Assembly (NCBI GenBank): GCA_965246885.1
Contig: OZ251992.1
Location: 512,001-576,000 of the forward strand
Source of the DNA: Abditibacterium sp.
GTDB lineage: Bacteria; Armatimonadota; Abditibacteriia; Abditibacteriales; Abditibacteriaceae
Direction of reading: 5' to 3'
Length of the DNA: 64,000 bases
Positions 1 through 8,113 of the stretch are shown piece by piece; within the stretch, counting starts at the first letter, position 1; every line of letters starts with the position of its first letter. Below the pieces are notes generated by a model. It saw nothing but the letters and a program-made list of their open reading frames with translations, searched no databases and had not been told where the DNA came from. The position numbers and the translations under genes are program-made.

Positions 1-772
1 AGCCCACCTGCGTCGCAACGGGGATGGGCGATGGAGCGGCGCCCTCGAACTGCGCGCGAGCGGCGCTTAAGATGGCGTGTGTGGAGGTGGTGCCAATGCG
101 CGACACGCCGAGCGGTAGCACCCGCATCACGTCGGCAAGGGTTCGCATGCCGCCCGATGCTTTGACGCCTACCGTTGGTGCGCACACGCGGCGCATGAGA
201 ACGAGGTCGGCGTCTTGGGCGCCCGGAGCGAAGAAGTGGCTGTCGTCGGTTTTGACAAAACCAAAGCCCGTCGAGGTTTTCACCCAGTCGGCGCCCAGTT
301 CCGAGCAGATCTCGCATAAGCGGATTTTGTCGGCTTCGGCGGTGAGATAGCTCGTCTCGAAGATGACTTTGAGTTTTCCGCCGTGCCGCCGCGTTTCGGC
401 TAATACGGCGGCGATGTCGGCGCGCACGAAACTCCAATCGCCGCCCAAGGCTTTGCCCGTGTTGACGACCATATCCACTTCGCGCGCGCCGTCGGCAAAA
501 GCGTGGGCGGTCTCGGCGACTTTGACGGGCGTAATTTGGGTGCCGTGCGGAAAGCCGATCACCGTCCCGACGCCGATGGGCGTGCCGGACAGCAGGGAAG
601 CCGCGAGCGCGACGGCGTGCGGCTTGATGCAAACGGTAGCGATGGGGAAGGCGCGCAGCCCCTCGATGTCGGCGCGCAACCCGGCGTCGGTCAGGGTGGG
701 GTGGAGCAGGGCGTGGTCAAGTGTCGCCGCGATCTGGGCAACGGACGGGGCGGTAGTAGTGGGCTGATTCAT
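1..772 (-). CDS. deoC: Deoxyribose-phosphate aldolase (3' end runs off window)
   Basis: Manual minus-strand translation from ATG at 772: LDHALLHP, VGTVIGFPHG, EVDMVVN, KVIFETSYL, WVKTSTGF, VKASGGMR, RIGTT are DeoC motifs. Absent from the ORF track because no stop lies in the window. Confidence 0.93.
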   Translation of the reverse strand, partial: MNQPTTTAPSVAQIAATLDHALLHPTLTDAGLRADIEGLRAFPIATVCIKPHAVALAASLLSGTPIGVGTVIGFPHGTQITPVKVAETAHAFADGAREVDMVVNTGKALGGDWSFVRADIAAVLAETRRHGGKLKVIFETSYLTAEADKIRLCEICSELGADWVKTSTGFGFVKTDDSHFFAPGAQDADLVLMRRVCAPTVGVKASGGMRTLADVMRVLPLGVSRIGTTSTHAILSAARAQFEGAAPSPIPVATQVG

Positions 773-833
773 GGGAAATTTGGGCGCAGAGAAAAATTTT
801 CGCCAAAAGTGTTAGAACGGGGTGCCAAATGGG

Positions 834-859
834 TATAATCCATATTGTTCCGAAACAAT
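834..859 (+). promoter_or_regulatory. Candidate sigma70 -10 box plus palindromic operator
   Basis: TATAAT at 834-839, then ATTGTT-ccga-AACAAT inverted repeat at 844-859, upstream of the regulator gene. Confidence 0.5.
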
Positions 860-914
860 CGAGGCGACCAGCAGTTTGACCGGGCCGCTTCGATTTGGGA
901 AGGAGGATGGCACA

Positions 915-2054
915 ATGAGCAGCAACGGCATTTACAAAGCGGACGGCAAAGTGGCCCAAACGAGCGCGCAGTTGGAAACGATGGCGCGCTCGCTGGGCGA
1001 TCACGTGCGTTTGCCGGGAGTGCGCGAGCTACGAGCGCAGTTGGGTGTCAGCCTGACGACGCTCCAAGAAGCGTTGGGCGATTTGGAAGGGCGGGAAGTG
1101 ATTTACCGGCGGCAGGGAAGCGGCATCTTCGTGTCGCCGCGCCGCGACGTGCGCAACATCTTGATGCTGTGCGACTACTCGCACATCCGCTCGGCGAGCC
1201 ACTCGCCCTTTTGGGACATCGTGGCGGACAAAGCGATGGCGCGGGCGGCCTCTCATAGGGAGCAGGTGCGTTCGCACTTCACCTCAACGTTGGGCAACGA
1301 GGGCGAACTGCTGCCGCCCGCGTTGATGGGCGAAGTGTTGTCGGGCCGTGTGCATGGCATCGTGGCTGCGTCCATCCATGACGATACGGCACGCGGGTTA
1401 CGCCAGTTGAAAGTACCATTCGTATCGTTTGGCGCGCGCGGACAGGGCACTGTCTTTCTCGCTGAACACACAATGCTGCACTTAGGCGTGCGCGCGCTCA
1501 AGGAGCGCGGATGTAAGCGGATCGGGATATGGCGCCCCGTCGCCCCGCACCAACCCGACTCGTCCGAATCTGCGTCCGTCGGCTCTCAGTTGCTCCAAAC
1601 CTTCGCCGACGCGATGCGAGAAGAGGGCTTAGAGTTCGAGCCGCACTGCGTGGAGTACAACCTGAACTTGGTGCGCGGCCCCGGTCACATCACGCGCCTG
1701 AGCAAGCAAGAGCAGGGCTACGAGACGGCGCAGCGCGTGTTTTGTCCGTCGGGAGAAAAGCCGGACGGCATCGTAGTTACCGACGACCTAATGACGCACG
1801 GCGCGCTTTCGGCCCTGCAAAACATGGGCATCCAAGCGGGCCGCGACGTGCAAATCGCCTCGCACGCCAACAAAGGATCGGTCGTGCTGCTTGGGCAAAG
1901 CGAGCGCTTGGTTCTGCTCGAATTCGACCCAAGCGAGGTTGTCGAAGCCTTGTTTGGTCAATTAGAAACTTTGATGGACGGCCACTCTTTAGAGCGGCCC
2001 GAAATCTTTGTCCAACCTACGGTGCGCACCCCGTCGCGCCCGCAAGGTTTTTAG
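915..2054 (+). CDS. GntR-HTH / LacI-type substrate-binding transcriptional regulator
   Basis: N-terminal RLPGVRELRAQLGVSLTTLQEAL...RRQGSGIFV (GntR wHTH); C-terminal PDGIVVTDD...G.DV.I sugar-binding fold. AGGAGG at 901-906 favours ATG 915. Confidence 0.85.
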   Translation: MSSNGIYKADGKVAQTSAQLETMARSLGDHVRLPGVRELRAQLGVSLTTLQEALGDLEGREVIYRRQGSGIFVSPRRDVRNILMLCDYSHIRSASHSPFWDIVADKAMARAASHREQVRSHFTSTLGNEGELLPPALMGEVLSGRVHGIVAASIHDDTARGLRQLKVPFVSFGARGQGTVFLAEHTMLHLGVRALKERGCKRIGIWRPVAPHQPDSSESASVGSQLLQTFADAMREEGLEFEPHCVEYNLNLVRGPGHITRLSKQEQGYETAQRVFCPSGEKPDGIVVTDDLMTHGALSALQNMGIQAGRDVQIASHANKGSVVLLGQSERLVLLEFDPSEVVEALFGQLETLMDGHSLERPEIFVQPTVRTPSRPQGF

Positions 2055-2095
2055 GAACGGTTTAGACGGGAAATACTCTTTATTCAGAGGCTTCC

Positions 2096-2875
2096 ATGAA
2101 AACACAGAATACGTTAGTGTCCCGTAAAGGTTTCACATTGATAGAGTTGTTAGTAGTCATCGCCATCATCGCTATCTTGGCTGCTATTCTTTTCCCCGCG
2201 TTCGCTCGCGCCCGCGAGAACGCCCGCCGCGCCAGTTGCCAATCCAACCTCAAGCAGATCGGCTTGGGCATCCTGCAATACACGCAGGATTACGACGAAA
2301 CCTATCCGCGCGATTACTACGACACCGGAAGCTGGAACACGGTCATCTTCCCCTATGTGAAGAGCTTGCAGGTTTACAAGTGTCCCTCCAACAGGAGCGA
2401 CTTGACTGTTGGCACGACCCCTTCCGGCGACATCCCCCTCTCTTACATCGGGTTTGTGGCGCCCAATGGGTTCGAGCATCCTGTCACGCATGCGACCATC
2501 CCCTCCGTAATCGCCTCGAACTTCTTCTCCAGTGGAACGAGGCTATCCGAAATAATCTCCCCGGCAGAAGCACTTATGGTGGGTGAATACGCCAGCAAAG
2601 ACGTTGGCCGCGCGACCATCTCTATGTGCACGATTGACTCAACCGGGATTCAGCCGGGCGAGTATCAAAGCCATTTGGCCACGTCCAACTTTTTGTTTTC
2701 CGACGGGCACGTCAAGGCCATGCGTTGGGATCGCACATTCACCTCGACAGTAAATATGTATGCCGCCGACACCACAGCCGTTGACGACACCTCGCGTGGT
2801 TACAACACGTTCTTTGGGGGCGCCAACGCGACCATGACTGCGTTCACGACCAAAGTGCAAAGCACTTTGAATTAA
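2096..2875 (+). CDS. Prepilin-type N-terminal cleavage / H-X9-DG (DUF1559-like) protein
   Basis: [42 protein letters not shown]-terminal H...[10 protein letters not shown]. Confidence 0.92.
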   Translation: MKTQNTLVSRKGFTLIELLVVIAIIAILAAILFPAFARARENARRASCQSNLKQIGLGILQYTQDYDETYPRDYYDTGSWNTVIFPYVKSLQVYKCPSNRSDLTVGTTPSGDIPLSYIGFVAPNGFEHPVTHATIPSVIASNFFSSGTRLSEIISPAEALMVGEYASKDVGRATISMCTIDSTGIQPGEYQSHLATSNFLFSDGHVKAMRWDRTFTSTVNMYAADTTAVDDTSRGYNTFFGGANATMTAFTTKVQSTLN

Positions 2876-2892
2876 CTGCGCGCTTCCAAATC

Positions 2893-3141
2893 ATGAAATT
2901 CCTTGTTGTCGTGGCGTTAACCACATCTGTTCTGATCGGGGGGTGTAGCCACAGCATCCCCGCACCGTCGCCTACCGATGTTGCTCAAGCTCAGAGCCGG
3001 CAAAAGGCGGAAGAACTCAAGCAAATTGATGCTCTGATGCAAACGACGCAAAACGATCCTAAGATGTCCCCGGACAAAAAGGCTCAAGCGTTAGCCAATT
3101 TGCAAGCGCGACGTCAGTCCCTCTCAGTGGTTAAGCCTTGA
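2893..3141 (+). CDS. Small putative lipoprotein
   Basis: Hydrophobic signal ending LIGGC (lipobox-like); operonic spacing. Confidence 0.65.
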   Translation: MKFLVVVALTTSVLIGGCSHSIPAPSPTDVAQAQSRQKAEELKQIDALMQTTQNDPKMSPDKKAQALANLQARRQSLSVVKP

Positions 3142-3177
3142 GCGCGTTCCCGCCGCATTCCCAACATCACCGTTTTC

Positions 3178-3206
3178 AAACGCCCGCTTCTTTGGAGCGG
3201 GCGTTT
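3178..3206 (+). terminator. Intrinsic terminator-like hairpin
   Basis: AAACGCCCGCT...AGCGGGCGTTT. Confidence 0.6.
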
Positions 3207-3235
3207 GGTGTGCCTTTTTAAACAACTGCTCCACC

Positions 3236-5596
3236 ATGTTCAAACCGTTTCTTTTTCTCGCCACTCTCGCCGCCGCTTACACGTCCACTTCTTCATGCGC
3301 TCAGTCCGCGCCCAAGGCGCTTGCTGTGGCTCAGCCTGTTACCCCGACAAAGCCCGCCGCGCCTTCTAACCCCGCCAACCTTTCCAACTCCTACAATTGG
3401 AAGCCGGTTCGGATTGGCGCGGGCGGGTTTGTGACGGGGTTCGTGACTCACCCGCTCGATGCCCGCGTGCGCTATTGCCGCACCGACGTTGGCAACGCTT
3501 ACAGGTGGAACGGACGCGAGTGGGTGCCAATGATCCGGCGCATCGGCAAGACCGGTTTGCCGCGCGAGTTCACGCGCGCGCCGGGGCAGGGCGGCAGTGA
3601 GGCCCTCGCTGTAGACCCCTCGAACACGCGCGTCGTTTACATGGCGTACGCGGGCTACTACTCGTCCGACCAGAAAGATGCCGGCTACGCCGCCGTGCCG
3701 GGGAGCGTCTACAAAAGCACGGACGGCGGGCAGACCTTTGTTGCGGGCGATTTGAACGTGCCGATGGAGCCGAACAACGAAGACCGCACCAACGGCGAGC
3801 GATTGCAAGTTGACCCCAACAACGGCCAAGTCGTTTATTACGGCTCGCGCAAAAACGGCCTGTGGCGCTCCGTTGATGGCGGCGCACATTGGGCGCAAGT
3901 GAGCGGGGGCGGAGCGCCCGACGCCACATCCAATGTTATGCGCGTCCTGTTTCTCAAGGGCGACACGGTTTCGAGTTCTGGGCAAACGGTGGGCAAGACG
4001 GTTTTCGCCACGACGTGGGGCGGCTCCGTGTTCGGTTCGACCGACGGCGGGGGCACTTGGACGAACATCTCCAAAGGCGAAGAGTTGGACGGGCACGCGG
4101 GCATTTCGCTCGTGGATAGTCGCGGCGCGCTGTATGTCGTGCAAAAAGACACCCCCTTCGTGTGGCGCTACGTCGGCGGTAAGTGGGAGAAGCTGATTAC
4201 ACGGCTAACCTACGGCGGCTCGCCCGCGCGTGGCTTCGCCGTTGATCCGCGCAACCCTGACCGACTGTATGCCAGCAACGGCAACGGCGGGTTGGGGCGC
4301 TCGCTCGATGGCGGCAAAACGTGGACGGAGCTTGGCTACGACATCCAATTTGCCAACACCTTCGGCTGGGGGCCGCAGCCGCGCTTCAAAGTGGGACGCT
4401 CCAACGCGGGCATTTTCTTCGACCGCGACGGCGTTCTGTGGATGCCCCAAGGCAACGAAGGCGTGCTACGCGTCAAGCTGACCGACACCGAACCGTTTGA
4501 CGGCGTGCGCTGGACAATTGACTCCAGTGGCATCGAAGAGTTCGTGACGCACGACGTCATTCTCCCGCCCGGTGGCAAGCCGCTCGTGGCCGTTCAGGAC
4601 GCTATCGGCCTGCTGGTCAACGACCCCGCCACGTTGTCGGCAAAGCAGATTAGCCTGCAAGACCAGCTAATCAGCAACGGAAGCGGTCTCGCGTACTGCC
4701 CCGACGCTCCCTCGTTCGTCGCGGTCGCTGCCGCCGACGTCAACCACACCGGGTCGGGCGCCAACTACTCCGGCTTCTCCTCCGATGGCGGCGCGACGTG
4801 GACGCGCTTCGCGGGCTTGCCCCACAACCCCGATGGCAGCACGGTCAACGCTCCCGGCTCCATCGCCATCTCGCGCCGCGACGGGCGCGCCTTGGGCGCC
4901 GACCACCTCGTCTACCTTCCCTCCGGCACAAGCGGCGCTTTCTACTCCAAGGACGGCGGCGCGACGTGGGCAAAAGCCACCGGCTTTCCAGACGCCCAAG
5001 CGTACTGGATTTTCGCCCTCAAGCAGCGCGCCCTCAAAGCCGACCCCTTCGTCGCCGACAAGTTTTACTACAAAGGCTCGTGGACTCCGGCGGGGCTGTA
5101 TGTCTCGACCGACGGCGGCGCGTCGTGGAGCGAGCAGAAAGACGCCGGTTTGCCGGGGAACACCCATCACGGCCAGTTGGAAGTCAATCGTTTGGTGAAG
5201 GACGACCTCTGGTTTGTGGACGGAATGGAAGGCGCAACGGCGCACGGCCTGTGGCACTCGACTGATGGCGCCCACTTCGCCCGCGTGCCCGGCGTTGATT
5301 TCGCCTACACCCTCGCCGTCGGCAAAGGAAGCGGCATCAAGGGCGATGCGCCTTCGGCCACCTACTTTTACGGCAAAATGAGCGGCGATGACGACTGGGG
5401 CGTTTTCCGCTCCCTCGACGGCGGCACCCATTGGGCGCGCATCTCGTATTACCCCACCGGTTTGCTCGACACCCCCACCTGTATGGCCGCCAATTACGAC
5501 GCTTTCGGGGTTGTTTACGTCGGCTTCAACGGCAACAGCTTCGTTTACGGAACGCCAGTCGCCGCCAAGACCCCCGCGCCCGCCAATTTGCCCTAA
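3236..5596 (+). CDS. Secreted GH74/xyloglucanase-like BNR-repeat beta-propeller protein
   Basis: Signal peptide; WKPVRIGAGGFVTG, RTDVG.AYRW, GERLQVDPNN, many SxDGGxTW (BNR/Asp-box) repeats. Confidence 0.85.
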   Translation: MFKPFLFLATLAAAYTSTSSCAQSAPKALAVAQPVTPTKPAAPSNPANLSNSYNWKPVRIGAGGFVTGFVTHPLDARVRYCRTDVGNAYRWNGREWVPMIRRIGKTGLPREFTRAPGQGGSEALAVDPSNTRVVYMAYAGYYSSDQKDAGYAAVPGSVYKSTDGGQTFVAGDLNVPMEPNNEDRTNGERLQVDPNNGQVVYYGSRKNGLWRSVDGGAHWAQVSGGGAPDATSNVMRVLFLKGDTVSSSGQTVGKTVFATTWGGSVFGSTDGGGTWTNISKGEELDGHAGISLVDSRGALYVVQKDTPFVWRYVGGKWEKLITRLTYGGSPARGFAVDPRNPDRLYASNGNGGLGRSLDGGKTWTELGYDIQFANTFGWGPQPRFKVGRSNAGIFFDRDGVLWMPQGNEGVLRVKLTDTEPFDGVRWTIDSSGIEEFVTHDVILPPGGKPLVAVQDAIGLLVNDPATLSAKQISLQDQLISNGSGLAYCPDAPSFVAVAAADVNHTGSGANYSGFSSDGGATWTRFAGLPHNPDGSTVNAPGSIAISRRDGRALGADHLVYLPSGTSGAFYSKDGGATWAKATGFPDAQAYWIFALKQRALKADPFVADKFYYKGSWTPAGLYVSTDGGASWSEQKDAGLPGNTHHGQLEVNRLVKDDLWFVDGMEGATAHGLWHSTDGAHFARVPGVDFAYTLAVGKGSGIKGDAPSATYFYGKMSGDDDWGVFRSLDGGTHWARISYYPTGLLDTPTCMAANYDAFGVVYVGFNGNSFVYGTPVAAKTPAPANLP

Positions 5597-5620
5597 CCAT
5601 CGTCAGGCGACCCGAAGACA

Positions 5621-5752
5621 GACGTGCGCCATGCGAAGACGGGCGTCCGGGAGCGAGTAACAGAGGCCAGCGGGTCGTTCCCGGACGTCTGTCACGCGTC
5701 CGCCGTCGTCTGTCACTCGCTCCCGGACGTCCGTCTTCGCATGGCGCACGTC
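5621..5752. repeat. 44-bp inverted repeat with 21-bp-spaced GACGTCTGTC cores
   Basis: 5621-5664 vs 5709-5752 complementary with 2 mismatches; same core as 36552-36649. Confidence 0.8.
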
Positions 5753-5760
5753 GCTAAACG

Positions 5761-5791
5761 CACGGCGCCCCGATGGTTTCGGGGCGCCGTG
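5761..5791. terminator. Hairpin between convergent genes
   Basis: CACGGCGCCCCGA-tggtt-TCGGGGCGCCGTG, perfect 13-bp stem. Confidence 0.7.
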
Positions 5792-5812
5792 TGGTGTTTT
5801 GCTCCGGCAGAC

Positions 5813-5938
5813 CTATTTCTTGGTCTTGTCGACTTGCTTGGCCGCCGCATCGCTGGCTTTTTTCGCGTCGCTCGCGCCGGTCTTGGTTTGCTTTTGTGCC
5901 GCCTGCTTTTTGTTGGATTTCGGGGATTTATCGCCCAT
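5813..5938 (-). CDS. 41-aa Lys/Ala/Gln-rich small protein
   Basis: MGDKSPKSNKKQAAQKQTKTGASDAKKASDAAAKQVDKTKK*; GGAGG RBS 9 nt upstream; followed by the 5761-5791 hairpin; below the ORF-track cutoff. Confidence 0.7.
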   Translation of the reverse strand: MGDKSPKSNKKQAAQKQTKTGASDAKKASDAAAKQVDKTKK

Positions 5939-5992
5939 AGTATTTTGCCTCCGTGCGTAGGTCGCAGTATAAGCGCCAAGGGCGGCGACATG

Positions 5993-6922
5993 TTACGCGA
6001 GCCACGCGGCGCGCACCGCTTCGAGTTGCGCCATTTGCGGGGGCGAGATGGCGCCGCTCCAAAGGGTGCTGGTTTGACCGTTGAGGCCGCGCTTGACGTT
6101 CAGTTCGCCTGTTGCGCAACCGGGGCACTTGGTGTACACGACATCGCAGTAAGATTTCTCGGTGGCGCCTTGGGTGGGCAGATCACTCAAGGCGGTGAAA
6201 TCGCCCCCTGCCGCGATGCGCGCTGCTTGGGTGGCTTGCCCCGGTAGCGCGCGCAGGGCGGTCAGTTCCACGCCGTGCCACTGGTCGCAAGCGGCGCAAA
6301 ATGGCGTGCCCGCTTGTTTGGCGGCCACGCTCCACGCGCCGCCGCAGATGAGCAGGGCTTTGAACAGGGTGAACATCCAGAACGCCCCGCCAGTGATGGC
6401 GGAGCGGTGCGAGGACGAGGAGTAGCTGCTGGAGCTTTTGAGGGTGGTGCCGTGTCTGCCGAGGAAGCGCACGTAAAGCGGCAAGAAGCGCGCGGGGGAA
6501 TAAAGGCGCCGCAGCGCCGCCTCGATGCGCGGGGCTGTTGCCGGGTTGCCCGCGCTCCACTTGGCGGTGCGTGCGGCGATGAACACTTCGCGCATATGGA
6601 GGGCATCGCTCGCCCAGCGCGCGCCAAAGCAGGCGAACCCGCCCGCAACGGCGAGGGTGAGCAAAAGCGGCTTAGAGCGCACTTTGTGCTTTTTGGCGCT
6701 CGAAGCCAACACGCCGCCCACGCACATTCCCGCCACCAGTGGGAAGATAATGAACAAGTCCAAGGCGCGCCCGATGAAGTGATACACCACTCCTATAAGG
6801 ATGGCGGCGGGCAAAACCGGCCACAATCCCAGCACGCGCGCAAGCGTGGAAGCAGGGCGCGGCGCGTTCCCGAACGCGCCGGGCGTCGAAAGCAGCGAAG
6901 ACGAGGAAAACGGTGATTCCAT
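5993..6922 (-). CDS. Hypothetical membrane protein with C-terminal CxxC pairs
   Basis: Several hydrophobic segments, then PFCAACDQW and KCPGC; start ATG 6922 approximate. Confidence 0.7.
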   Translation of the reverse strand: MESPFSSSSLLSTPGAFGNAPRPASTLARVLGLWPVLPAAILIGVVYHFIGRALDLFIIFPLVAGMCVGGVLASSAKKHKVRSKPLLLTLAVAGGFACFGARWASDALHMREVFIAARTAKWSAGNPATAPRIEAALRRLYSPARFLPLYVRFLGRHGTTLKSSSSYSSSSHRSAITGGAFWMFTLFKALLICGGAWSVAAKQAGTPFCAACDQWHGVELTALRALPGQATQAARIAAGGDFTALSDLPTQGATEKSYCDVVYTKCPGCATGELNVKRGLNGQTSTLWSGAISPPQMAQLEAVRAAWLA

Positions 6923-7019
6923 GAGCAGGGAAACTCCAATGCCAAAAGAAAAGCGAGACCGGGCGAAGTAGCCTTTCACTCGGCCTCTGGTGCCGCGATT
7001 TCGGTCGCCGATGGCGTTT

Positions 7020-7350
7020 AAGGGAGCGCTGAAGTTGAAATCACACGTCGTATCACTTGACTACCCCTCCGAGTAAGTGGGTGTCTGGCGGAGGGGGGAG
7101 GAATCAAACCTCCGTTTTGTGAGACAGGCACTTCCATTGGATCCGGCGAGCGCGGCGAATACTCAACTTGCGAGGAACACCTTGAATTTGAAACCAGCCG
7201 AATCCGTTGATTCGTGCGTCTGCCATTTCGCCATCCGCGCGTGAAAATCGAAGTGCGCGGAGCAGGACTCGAACCTGCACGCCGGGTTGTTTCAAGTTGA
7301 TCTTGAACTTGAGCTTGCCTCGCAGAAGATTTTACCGGATGGGGTGGCGG
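7020..7350 (-). ncRNA. Putative structured ncRNA with two circularly permuted tRNA-like domains
   Basis: Unit 1 at 7278>7216 and unit 2 at 7113>7047 each read T-arm, acceptor 3' strand, loop, acceptor 5' strand, D-arm; long-range enclosing stems; boundaries approximate. Confidence 0.75.
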
Positions 7351-7354
7351 CGCG

Positions 7355-8086
7355 CTACCGGAATAAATACCCGAACAGCGCATCTCCCACTTTTTTCTCG
7401 TCGGCTTCGATGCCGTTGGCTTGTTCGCGCGAGAACTTGACGGCTTGGGAGAGCTTTTCCAAGCGGTCTAACAGTTCGCGTTTGCGCGGGATGGGCAGGG
7501 CGCCGGACTGCTTGACGGTGTCCCAGTAGCCCACGACGACATCCTCGGTGATGAGTTGCGTTTGCGCGGGGTGTTTGTCGGTGGCCTCGTACAAGACGAC
7601 GGGGCGCTGCACTTTTTTGGTGCGCTGCGTGGCGATGGAAGCGGTTTTGAACAGCCCGGAGTTGGGGTCGCTTTGCCACTCGTCGGCGGGGTCGAGCGTG
7701 GGGAGCTTGTCCACGAACGTGTGCAAGTCGGTCAGTTGCTTTTCGAGAAACAGCAGGAACGGGATGGGCGCTTGCGCAATAAGCGTTTGTCCGTCCACCA
7801 CAACGTCAGCAAAGGCGAGGCAGTTGGCGAAGTCCTTGGTCGCCGAAACGTCGAACATTTCGGTGAGGAGTTTGGAAACTTGGGCCAGCACCTCGTTCGC
7901 TTCGAGTTGGACGCGCTTGGTTTCGGGCGGGTAGTCCTCGCCTTCTTCGTCGCGCTTGCGGTAGTTCTTCGAGAAGCCGGTGAACAGGTCGGCTTTTTGG
8001 GACGCCTTGTGCAGTTCGGTGAAATCGCCGTAGACGCGCGACTTGACCGACTTTTCAACGGCCACGATTTGGTTGAGTTTGGGCAT
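7355..8086 (-). CDS. Conserved hypothetical protein (MxKLNQI.AVEK family; possibly DUF7873-like, unverified)
   Basis: Clean 243-aa ORF with motifs DEEGEDYPPE, ATKDFANC.A.ADVVVDG, LLFLEKQL, LPTLDP, ATDKHPAQ, SGALP, AVK..REQAN that I recall from an uncharacterised bacterial/phage family. Confidence 0.8.
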   Translation of the reverse strand: MPKLNQIVAVEKSVKSRVYGDFTELHKASQKADLFTGFSKNYRKRDEEGEDYPPETKRVQLEANEVLAQVSKLLTEMFDVSATKDFANCLAFADVVVDGQTLIAQAPIPFLLFLEKQLTDLHTFVDKLPTLDPADEWQSDPNSGLFKTASIATQRTKKVQRPVVLYEATDKHPAQTQLITEDVVVGYWDTVKQSGALPIPRKRELLDRLEKLSQAVKFSREQANGIEADEKKVGDALFGYLFR

Positions 8087-8113
8087 ATGGGGTTCGCCTT
8101 TGAAATCTGCGCT

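Noticed and set aside
5624..6247. Plus-strand 207-aa ORF
   Set aside because: Spans a repeat and is antisense to better-supported genes.
7047..7278. Ordinary tRNA genes, an intron-containing tRNA, or integration-site tRNA fragments
   Set aside because: The halves are in 3'-then-5' order. The only normally ordered pair (GCGCGGA ... CCCCUCC) is not complementary. No anticodon arm or nearby integrase is present.
7020..7350. Two-piece tmRNA
   Set aside because: No G3-U70 alanine acceptor, full D-stems are present, there are two tRNA-like units, and no convincing tag ORF is seen. A relationship to YrlA is not excluded, but no Ro60 gene lies in the window.
7018..7440. ORF-track ORFs 7018-7383, 7104-7295 and 7207-7440
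   Set aside because: No RBS or motif support; they overlap the structured RNA.
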